Notes under the pieces: model-generated | What the model was told of the DNA's origin: nothing | The model's database searches: none | What the model saw: the letters and a program-made list of their open reading frames with translations, nothing else | Translations under genes and position numbers: made by a program | Part shown: piece by piece, positions 53,915 through 62,347 of the stretch | How positions within the stretch are numbered: the stretch's first letter is position 1 | Layout of the letters: every line of letters begins with the position of its first letter | Source: an uncultured Christensenellaceae bacterium | GTDB taxonomy: Bacteria; Bacillota; Clostridia; Christensenellales; CAG-314 | Assembly (NCBI GenBank): GCA_910585195.1 | Contig: CAJUCX010000003.1 | Coordinates: 65,828-129,827 of the forward strand | Length of the DNA: 64,000 bases | Direction of reading: 5' to 3'

Positions 53915-55744
53915 ATGGATATAAAGATTTTTGTCTCGCACAGAGTGGATTTGGATGCTGAGATAATTGACAACTCAATATTTATTCCAATAAAAAGTGG
54001 ATTGGCACTCGCGGAAGATACAAATTGTGCAATGATTGGAGATAATACCGGCGACAATATTTCAAACAAGAACACCAGTTTTTGTGAGTTGACTACACAG
54101 TATTGGGCATGGAAAAATATTAAAGCGGATTATTACGGACTTTGCCATTATCGTCGTTATCTTAATTTTTCTGACAATAAATATGATACAGATGTATATG
54201 GAAATGTATGTGATAATGTGATTTCCAAAGATACTATAAACAAATATGGTCTTACAGAAGAAAAAATCTCTTCTACACTCAAAGACTATGATATTATTAC
54301 ATCTACCAGTGTAAACGTTGCTCGGTTTCCCGAACATTTTCGTTCAATTTATAATCAATACGATGCGGCAGATAATTTGCATGGACGAGATTTAGATGTT
54401 TTGTTGGAAGTTATTAAAGAAAAGTATCCCAATTATGAAGAAAGTGCAAAAAAGTACTTAAGAGGGAAAAGGGGTATTTTCTGCAATTTATTTGTAATGA
54501 AAAAAGCAGTTTTCTTTGACTATTGTGAATGGCTTTTTAATATTCTTTTTGAAGTTGAAAAACGGATAGACATGTCAACGTACACCATAGAAGGCTATAG
54601 GACTCTCGGGCATTTGGGTGAAAGATTGCTTGGCATATATATTTTATATAATTCAAGTAAAACTGCCAATGTCAAAATAAAAGTAAAAGAATTGCAACCT
54701 GTATTATTTAAGAATCCGATAAAGCAGTATACTTATTTGCAGGCATCTTTTACTAATAAAAAAGATACTATACCAGTTGTTTTTGCTGCAAATGATTTTT
54801 TTGCTCCTATGTGTGCTACGACGATTGCATCTCTTTTGTCTAATTCCGATTCAGCTCGTAACTATGATATTGTGGTGTTAAACAAAGACATTTCAACAAA
54901 AAATAAGTCTTTAATGAAAGATATGTGCAGTCAATATAAGAACGTAAGTTTACGTTTTTTTGATGTTATTTCATTGTTGGGCAGATATTCACTTAAAGGA
55001 GATATGCATATCAGTGTTGAAACTTACTATCGCTTTTTAATCCAAGATATTCTTAAAGATTATGATAAAGTGCTGTATCTAGATAGTGATTTGATATGTT
55101 TACAAAATGTTGCCGATCTTTATGATATAAATATTGATAATTATTGGCTTGCAGCCGTAAAAGACCCTGATATGATTGGGCAGGTCAATAAAAGTAAAGA
55201 TTATTATGATTATACAACAAATACATTAACATTAAAAAATCCGTATTCTTATTTTCAAGCAGGCGTTTTACTTTTAAATGTAAAAGCATTAAGAAAAAGT
55301 CATACCACAAAACAATGGTTAGACGAATCTATGACAAAGTATAAATATATGGATCAAGATATTCTTAATAAAAATGCGCAAAATAAAGTTAAATTTTTGG
55401 ACATGAGATGGAATGTTTTAATTGACTGCGTTGGGCAAAGGTTGCCAATTATAAAACAGGCGCCTTATTATATTTATAAAGAATATATGGCTTCACGAAA
55501 AACACCTTTTATAATTCACTACGCAGGTTTTCAAAAACCATGGAATGATGTGAAATGTGATTTTTTTGTAGAGTTTTGGCAATATGCAAAATTAACGCCA
55601 TTTTATGAAATATTGTTAAATCTGCTTTATGGACAACAAGGGAAAAAGAAAAAAGAAAAAAAATTTGTTTCTTTTTGCAAAACGCATTGCCCAAAATGGC
55701 TAAGACCGTTTGCAATGAGAGTAAAACGATTTTTTAGATTGTAA
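53915..55744 (+). CDS. Bifunctional glycosyltransferase, N-terminal DUF4422 (GT111-type) plus C-terminal GT8; WbbM-like, copy 1
   Basis: The N-terminus (IKIFVSHR...QYWAWKN...YYGLCHYRRYL) is DUF4422-like. The C-terminus (IPVVFAANDFF...YYRFLI...LYLDSDL) is GT8 with a DxD motif. Confidence 0.8.
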   Translation: MDIKIFVSHRVDLDAEIIDNSIFIPIKSGLALAEDTNCAMIGDNTGDNISNKNTSFCELTTQYWAWKNIKADYYGLCHYRRYLNFSDNKYDTDVYGNVCDNVISKDTINKYGLTEEKISSTLKDYDIITSTSVNVARFPEHFRSIYNQYDAADNLHGRDLDVLLEVIKEKYPNYEESAKKYLRGKRGIFCNLFVMKKAVFFDYCEWLFNILFEVEKRIDMSTYTIEGYRTLGHLGERLLGIYILYNSSKTANVKIKVKELQPVLFKNPIKQYTYLQASFTNKKDTIPVVFAANDFFAPMCATTIASLLSNSDSARNYDIVVLNKDISTKNKSLMKDMCSQYKNVSLRFFDVISLLGRYSLKGDMHISVETYYRFLIQDILKDYDKVLYLDSDLICLQNVADLYDINIDNYWLAAVKDPDMIGQVNKSKDYYDYTTNTLTLKNPYSYFQAGVLLLNVKALRKSHTTKQWLDESMTKYKYMDQDILNKNAQNKVKFLDMRWNVLIDCVGQRLPIIKQAPYYIYKEYMASRKTPFIIHYAGFQKPWNDVKCDFFVEFWQYAKLTPFYEILLNLLYGQQGKKKKEKKFVSFCKTHCPKWLRPFAMRVKRFFRL

Positions 55745-55758
55745 CTAAGGAGTAAAAG

Positions 55759-57762
55759 ATGGAAAAACAATTTAAGCCAGTGCCAAATGTGGAGTGTTTG
55801 AAATATCACGGAACGCCAGAAAAACCAGATATAAAAATTTTCGTGTCGCATCGTATTGATCTTGATAGCGAAACTATCAATAATCCGTTATTTATCCCTG
55901 TGCGTTGCGGTGCTGTTTATGACAAACGCACTGATGTTGAAATGTTGGGGGATGATACAGGTGATAACATTTCAGAAAAGCGGCAGTCTTTTTGCGAACT
56001 GACAGTACAATATTGGGCATGGAAAAATATTCAAGCGGATTATTATGGGCTGTGTCATTATCGTCGCTATCTTAATTTTTCTGAAAGTAACTATTCGACA
56101 GATGAATATGGCAATGTGTGTGATGATTTTATTACATTAGATTCAATAAAAAAATATTGTTTATATGAGCACAGTATCCAAAAAGTTATACAAGGTTATG
56201 ATATTATTGTTTCAAAGAAAACGGCAGTGGATATGTTTCCTGAACATTTTCATTCCGTTGGTGAACAATATAAACAAACCTCATACTTGCATGGTGAAGA
56301 TTTAAACACGGTATTAGATGTTATTGTTGAGCTGTACCCAGAATATGAAAAAAGTGTTATGCAATATTTATCTGGGACAAAGACTTCTTTTTGTAATCTA
56401 TTTATCATGAAGAAAGAGATCTTTTTTGAATATTCTGAGTGGCTCTTTAATATTCTTTTTGAAGTTGAAAAAAGAATAGATACAACTAATTATACAATAG
56501 AAGGCTATAGGACGCCGGGACATTTGGGAGAGAGGCTTCTTAATATATTTATTTTATTTCAAGAAAGTAAAAATCCCAATATTAAAATTAAAGAGTTGCA
56601 GACAGTTTTTTTTAGTAATACTGCAAAACAAGACACATGCTTGGTTGCTGCATTTGAAGATAAAGACAATACGATACCAATTGTTTTGGCTGCAAATGAT
56701 TTTTTTGTACCAATGTGTGCAACGACAATTGCATCTGTATTGAGTAATGCGGATTTAACACATAACTATGATATTGTGGTATTAAACAAAGATATTTCCT
56801 CACGCAATAAATCTTTAATGTTGGAAATGTGCAATAAATTTGAAAATGTAAGATTGCGTTTTTTTGATATCATTTCATTATTGTCCCAATATTCATTAAA
56901 GGGTGGGATGCATATTAGTGTTGAAACATACTATCGCTTTTTAATCCAAGATATTCTTAAAGATTATGATAAAGTATTATATTTAGATAGCGACTTGGTG
57001 TGCACACATAATATTGCTGAACTTTATGATACAAATTTACAAAATAATTGGATTGGGGCTGTAAAAGACCCAGATATGATTGGGCAAATTAATGGAAATG
57101 AAAAAGAATTTAACTATGCAATAGAGAAGTTAAAATTACAAAATCCGCATTCATATTTTCAGGCAGGCGTTTTACTTTTAAATGTAAAAGCATTAAGAAA
57201 AAGTCATACCACAAAACAATGGTTAGACGAATCTATGACAAAGTATAAATATATGGATCAAGATATTCTTAATAAAAATGCGCAAAATAAAGTTAAATTT
57301 TTGGACATGAGATGGAATGTTTTAATTGACTGCGTTGGGCAAAGGTTGCCAATTATTAAACAGGCACCATATAATATTTGCCAAGAATATTTATCATCTC
57401 GAAAAATGCCATATATTATACATTATGCAGGTTTTCAAAAGCCATGGAATGACGTATCATGTGATTTTTATGAGGAATTTTGGGAGTATGCAAAATTAAC
57501 ACCTTTTTATGAAAGACTCATATCGATACTTGTTGATAGTAAAATAGGAAATTCCGTCTGGCGAATAGATCGATTAGAAAATAAAGTTTTTCCGTACAAA
57601 CCTTCTAGTGCACGTCAAGCTGCGGACAAATTGTGTCCGCCTGGTTCAAAAAGAAGAAAGGTGGCGAAATTTTTTGTTCCACCAGGCTCATGGAGATATA
57701 AATTTATTAAAAAACTGTACTATTTCTTTCATCCTATAAAGCGAAAAGAAGAACAAAAGTAA
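55759..57762 (+). CDS. Bifunctional glycosyltransferase, DUF4422 plus GT8; WbbM-like, copy 2, with extended basic C-terminal tail
   Basis: It has the same two-domain layout as copy 1 and shares a 194-bp tract identical to copy 1. Confidence 0.8.
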   Translation: MEKQFKPVPNVECLKYHGTPEKPDIKIFVSHRIDLDSETINNPLFIPVRCGAVYDKRTDVEMLGDDTGDNISEKRQSFCELTVQYWAWKNIQADYYGLCHYRRYLNFSESNYSTDEYGNVCDDFITLDSIKKYCLYEHSIQKVIQGYDIIVSKKTAVDMFPEHFHSVGEQYKQTSYLHGEDLNTVLDVIVELYPEYEKSVMQYLSGTKTSFCNLFIMKKEIFFEYSEWLFNILFEVEKRIDTTNYTIEGYRTPGHLGERLLNIFILFQESKNPNIKIKELQTVFFSNTAKQDTCLVAAFEDKDNTIPIVLAANDFFVPMCATTIASVLSNADLTHNYDIVVLNKDISSRNKSLMLEMCNKFENVRLRFFDIISLLSQYSLKGGMHISVETYYRFLIQDILKDYDKVLYLDSDLVCTHNIAELYDTNLQNNWIGAVKDPDMIGQINGNEKEFNYAIEKLKLQNPHSYFQAGVLLLNVKALRKSHTTKQWLDESMTKYKYMDQDILNKNAQNKVKFLDMRWNVLIDCVGQRLPIIKQAPYNICQEYLSSRKMPYIIHYAGFQKPWNDVSCDFYEEFWEYAKLTPFYERLISILVDSKIGNSVWRIDRLENKVFPYKPSSARQAADKLCPPGSKRRKVAKFFVPPGSWRYKFIKKLYYFFHPIKRKEEQK

Positions 57763-57773
57763 GTGGAGAACAA

Positions 57774-58556
57774 ATGAAAGTTGTAATTTTAGCAGGTGGA
57801 TTTGGCACCAGAATATCAGAAGAAAGTCAATTTAAGCCTAAGCCTATGGTGGAATTGGGTGGAATGCCTATTATTTGGCATATTATGAAATTATATGGCC
57901 AATATGGTTTTAACGAGTTTATCATTTGTGCAGGCTATAAACAGCATGTAATTAAAGAATATTTTGCCGATTATTTTTTGCATACATCCGATATAACTTT
58001 TGACTTTACAAACGGTCAAAATCAAATGATTGTGCATCGCAATAATTCTGAAAAATGGAAAGTTACTGTTGTTGACACGGGGCTTAACACCATGACGGGT
58101 GGTAGAGTAAAGCGAATTAAAGATTATATCGGTGATGAACCATTTATGCTGACATATGGTGACGGTGTATCTGATGTAAATATTACAGCGCTGGTTGATT
58201 TTCATAAAAAGCATGGAAAATTAGTTACAATGTCTGCTTATAATGCAGGACAGAGATTCGGCGTTTTGGACATCGCCGCTGACGGGTCAATTAAAGATTT
58301 CAGAGAAAAGACGCAAGGGGACGGAAACCTGATAAATATTGGTTATATGGTTTGTCAGCCTGAGTTTATTGATTATATTGACAATGATACTACTGTACTT
58401 GAAAAGAAACCACTTGAAACTGTGGCAAAAATCGGACAACTTATGGCATATAAACATGATGGATTTTGGCAGTGTATGGATACAGTGAGAGAAAAAGAAC
58501 AGTTGGAAAAAATGTGGGCAAAGGGCGAGGCCCCATGGAAAGTATGGAAAGACTAA
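57774..58556 (+). CDS. rfbF: Glucose-1-phosphate cytidylyltransferase
   Basis: MKVVILAGGFGTR...KPKPMVE...FWQCMDT.RE...APWKVW is a characteristic RfbF pattern. Confidence 0.92.
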   Translation: MKVVILAGGFGTRISEESQFKPKPMVELGGMPIIWHIMKLYGQYGFNEFIICAGYKQHVIKEYFADYFLHTSDITFDFTNGQNQMIVHRNNSEKWKVTVVDTGLNTMTGGRVKRIKDYIGDEPFMLTYGDGVSDVNITALVDFHKKHGKLVTMSAYNAGQRFGVLDIAADGSIKDFREKTQGDGNLINIGYMVCQPEFIDYIDNDTTVLEKKPLETVAKIGQLMAYKHDGFWQCMDTVREKEQLEKMWAKGEAPWKVWKD

Positions 58557-59617
58557 TGAACAATCTTAATTTTTATAAAGACAAAATAGTTTTGGTAACA
58601 GGACATACTGGATTTAAGGGTAGTTGGATGTGCAAGGTGCTTACGATGTTTGGTGCTAAGGTGATTGGTTACTCATTAGAACCGCCAACACAACCAAGTT
58701 TATTTAAGATTGCCAAAATTGAAAAAGACATTGTTTCAGTTATTGGTGACATTAGAGACCTTGACAACTTAAATGGCATTATACAAAAGTATCAGCCTGA
58801 AATAGTTATTCATATGGCGGCTCAACCATTAGTGAGAGAGAGTTATCAAAATCCTGTTTATACCTATGAAACTAATGTTATCGGTACCGTTAATATTTGT
58901 GAAGCAATAAGAAATTGTCAAAGTGTAAAATCATTTGTAAACGTAACAACCGATAAAGTGTATAAAAATAATGAGTGGGAGTGGGGTTATCGAGAAACTG
59001 ACGCTTTAGATGGGTTTGACCCTTATTCAAATTCCAAATCATGTTCTGAATTGGTAACGAGTTCCTACAACAAGTCATTTTTGCATGCAAACGGTGTTGC
59101 GGTTTCAACATGCCGTGCAGGTAATGTCATTGGCGGCGGAGATTTTGCTGTAGACAGAATTATTCCGGATTGCGTTAGAGCAATGGAAGATAAAACGGAA
59201 ATTATTGTGAGGAATCCATATTCGACCAGACCGTATCAACACGTATTGGAGCCGGTTATCACATATTTAGTATTAGCAATGTTGCAATATAAGGACAAAT
59301 CTATTGCAGATAGTTTTAATGTTGGACCAGATGATTGTGACTGTGTAACAACCGGTGAACTTGTAGATATGTTTTGCCGCATATATGGTGAAGGTGCTAA
59401 ATGGAAAAATATTGCAGAAAAAAATGCGCCTCATGAAGCAAATTTTTTAAAGTTGGATTGTTCTAAAATTAAGACAGTTTTGAAATGGAAACCAAGATGG
59501 CATATACAAGATGCAGTAGAAAAAACAATTGAATGGAGCAAATCATATTTATCAGGTGAAGATGTAACTTTGATTATGGAAAAACAAATTAAGGAATATT
59601 TGGGAGTAAACTCATGA
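58535..59617 (+). CDS. rfbG: CDP-glucose 4,6-dehydratase
   Basis: VLVTGHTGFKGSW..., a YSNSK catalytic motif. The start is ambiguous: in-frame ATGs at 58535, 58544 and 58556 (the last overlaps the rfbF stop). Confidence 0.88.
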   Translation: MESMERLMNNLNFYKDKIVLVTGHTGFKGSWMCKVLTMFGAKVIGYSLEPPTQPSLFKIAKIEKDIVSVIGDIRDLDNLNGIIQKYQPEIVIHMAAQPLVRESYQNPVYTYETNVIGTVNICEAIRNCQSVKSFVNVTTDKVYKNNEWEWGYRETDALDGFDPYSNSKSCSELVTSSYNKSFLHANGVAVSTCRAGNVIGGGDFAVDRIIPDCVRAMEDKTEIIVRNPYSTRPYQHVLEPVITYLVLAMLQYKDKSIADSFNVGPDDCDCVTTGELVDMFCRIYGEGAKWKNIAEKNAPHEANFLKLDCSKIKTVLKWKPRWHIQDAVEKTIEWSKSYLSGEDVTLIMEKQIKEYLGVNS

Positions 59618-60534
59618 AGAAAGCAGTCGTAACAGGTGCAAACGGTTTTGTTGGCAGTGCATTAGTGAAAAGACTGGTGGAGAATAATGTTGAAGTTATA
59701 GCACTTGTACATAATATGCCAATAAAGATTCCACAAGGTGTACGAGTTATTAAATTTGACTTGTCTGAATGTGACAAATTGCCGGATATTATTTTAGATA
59801 GAGATATTGATGTTATTTATCATATGGCGTGGGATGGGAATTCTGGCCCAGCCAGAGCGGATTATGCTCGTCAGTTAAGAAATGTTAAATATACTTGTGA
59901 TATTTTACGCGCGGCGGCAAAATGTAGCATCAAGCGCTTTGTTGGGGCGGGGGCACTTGCCCAGTTTGATTGTGTAGAATATAATGGAATGAATTTTTCA
60001 ACTCCTAATGCCGTTAGTTGTTATGGTTCTGCAAAGATTGCTGCTCAATATATGAGTAAAGCTATTTCCAGTTCTGAGGGTATTGAGCATATTTGGTGTG
60101 TGATTTCAAATACGTATGGCATTGGAAATACTACAATGAACTTTGTAAATATGGCTGTTAAAAAAATGCTGGCCGGAGAGCGCGCTGCATTTACAGCTGG
60201 TACACAAAATTATGACTTCGTACACATTAGTGACACAATAAATGGGATTATTTTATGTGGCGAAAAAGGCAAAAGCAATTGTTCATATTATATAGGTAGT
60301 GGAAAACCACGCAGTTTGAAAGAATATATTTACGAAATCAGGGATTCTATTGATCCGCAGATACCATTATATTTGGGGGAAGTGCCATTCAATGGAATAT
60401 CGTTACCAATTGAGAGATTTTCTTGTAGAGAAATTAGCAATGATACGGGATATGTTGCAAGTGTTGATTTTTCTTTAGGTATAAAAGAAACAGTCAGGTG
60501 GCTTGAGGAATTAAAAAATGATTCAAAAATTTAG
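59614..60534 (+). CDS. NAD-dependent sugar epimerase/reductase (extended SDR)
   Basis: VVTGANGFVGSAL Rossmann motif and a YGSAK catalytic motif. There is an ATGA overlap with rfbG. Confidence 0.8.
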   Translation: MKKAVVTGANGFVGSALVKRLVENNVEVIALVHNMPIKIPQGVRVIKFDLSECDKLPDIILDRDIDVIYHMAWDGNSGPARADYARQLRNVKYTCDILRAAAKCSIKRFVGAGALAQFDCVEYNGMNFSTPNAVSCYGSAKIAAQYMSKAISSSEGIEHIWCVISNTYGIGNTTMNFVNMAVKKMLAGERAAFTAGTQNYDFVHISDTINGIILCGEKGKSNCSYYIGSGKPRSLKEYIYEIRDSIDPQIPLYLGEVPFNGISLPIERFSCREISNDTGYVASVDFSLGIKETVRWLEELKNDSKI

Positions 60535-61093
60535 TTTTAATAAAACAAAAATTGACGGACTATTAGAGATTACACCATTTAATGCAGATGATATTAGGGG
60601 ATGTTTTACAAAAGATTATTCAAAAGAAGTTTTTGAAGAAAATGGAATCCATCACGATTTACAAGAAGTATTTTATACTACAAGCTATAAAGGTGTCATC
60701 AGGGCTTTGCATTTTCAAAGAGAAAAGCAACAACCAAAATTGGTTCGTTGTATTTATGGGCATGTGTATGATATTGTTGTTGATTTGCGGAAAAACAGTC
60801 CGACATTTAAACAGTGGTTGGGATTTGATTTAATTGGTGAGAGGCATAATGAAATATTAGTTCCGGCCGGATGCGCGCATGGGTATCTTGTTCTGGAAGA
60901 TAGTATCGTTTCTTACAAATGCTCAGAAAAATTTTATGGCGAGTTTGATGACGGAATAATTTGGAATGACAATGATTTAAATGTTAAATGGCCGTTGGAG
61001 TTGATAGGCGGGATAAACAAGCTCATATTAGCAGATAAGGACAAGAATCTCCAGACATTTCAAGAATTTGTAAATAAGTATGGGGGCTTTTGA
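60518..61093 (+). CDS. RmlC-like sugar-nucleotide 3,5-(or 5-)epimerase (cupin)
   Basis: D.RG.F...RALHFQ......KLVRC..G.V.D..VDLR..S.TF are RmlC-family motifs; 191 aa. Confidence 0.8.
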   Translation: MIQKFSFNKTKIDGLLEITPFNADDIRGCFTKDYSKEVFEENGIHHDLQEVFYTTSYKGVIRALHFQREKQQPKLVRCIYGHVYDIVVDLRKNSPTFKQWLGFDLIGERHNEILVPAGCAHGYLVLEDSIVSYKCSEKFYGEFDDGIIWNDNDLNVKWPLELIGGINKLILADKDKNLQTFQEFVNKYGGF

Positions 61094-62245
61094 TGAACAT
61101 TTATGATGCTATAGTTTGTAAGTGCCGGCTTATCGGGGGCGGTTCTTGCGCGTTATTTGGCAGAAGATTGTAACAAAAAAGTCTTGATAATTGACAGGCG
61201 TAATTACATAGCCGGTAATATGTATGATTTTATTGATGAAAATGGCTTTTTAATTCAACAATACGGTCCTCACACATTTCATACAAATAAAAAATATTTA
61301 TATGATTACATATTGCGTTTTGCCGACTGGGAAACTTATAATTTAACTTGCATGGCGCAAATTGATGATAAATTTACACCTTCACCGTTTAATTTTCAAA
61401 CAATAGATGATTATTTTTCTGCAGAAGAAGCAATGGCTTTGAAAGCAAGGATAAAAGAAATATACGGAAATGCAGAAAAAACAACTATTGTAGAAATGTT
61501 AAATTCAGATGATGAATTGATAAAAAATTATGCTAAATTTCTGTTCGATAAAGATTATAGCCTATATACTGCAAAACAATGGGGTATTGCACCGTCGGAA
61601 ATCGACGTTAGTATTCTAAAAAGAGTGCCCGTTTTATTTTCGTATAAAACCGGTTACTTTGATGATGAATATCAAGTAATGCCAAAGGTATCTTTCACTA
61701 ATTTTTTTGAAAATTTGCTTGGACATAAAAATATTACTATTAAATTAAATACTGCTGCTGATTCATTAATTTCGATCAAAAATGAGATGTTATTTATAGA
61801 TGGTATTGTATCAGACATTCCAGTAATTTATACCGGTGCTATTGATGAATTGCTAGGATATAAGTACGGTCCGTTGCCATATAGATCTCTTAAATTTGAG
61901 TTTCAAACAATTAATGGCGATAGTTTTCAAGAAGCTCCTGTCGTTGCATATCCTCAGGCAGAGGGCTTTACTCGTATAACAGAGTATACAAAATTACCAT
62001 ATCAGCAAACAAACGGAAAGACAAAAATTGCAATTGAATATCCAGTAAAATACTTGGCAGGACAAAATAGTGAGCCCTATTACCCTGTTTTGACTGAGAA
62101 AAGTATAAAGCAGTATGAACAGTATAGTAATTATGCATCCCAAATAAAAAATTTATATTTGTGCGGTAGGTTGGCGGATTTCAAGTACTACAATATGGAT
62201 CAAGCCTTAGATAATGCTTTAAATTTGTGTAAAATTTTAAAATAA
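61093..62245 (+). pseudogene. glf: UDP-galactopyranose mutase with a 5' frameshift (1-nt excess in a TTT run)
   Basis: Frame A from ATG 61093 reads MNIYDAIVCKCRL...* (stop at 61171-61173). Frame +1 from 61115 reads FVSAGLSGAVLARYLAEDCNKKVLIIDRRNYIAGNMYD...YGPHTFHT... through to 62245. Deleting one T at 61115-61117 gives MNIYDAIVVSAGLSGAV.... Confidence 0.75.
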
Positions 62246-62246
62246 T

Positions 62247-62292
62247 AAATAACAGCGAAAATTATATATTTTTATAATTTTCGCTGTTATTT
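62247..62292. terminator. Bidirectional terminator (20-bp-arm hairpin)
   Basis: AAATAACAGCGAAAATTATA-6nt-TATAATTTTCGCTGTTATTT, between convergent genes. Confidence 0.85.
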
Positions 62293-62347
62293 ATTTGTGT
62301 TATATTTAATTTTCATTAGATATGCATCAAATGTAATTATTATATAA

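Noticed and set aside
61157-62245. The track's 362-aa ORF starting at TTG 61157, taken as the intact glf gene.
   Set aside because: That start removes the N-terminal dinucleotide-binding element, which is visibly encoded just upstream in two different frames. The locus is better described as a frameshifted gene beginning at 61093.
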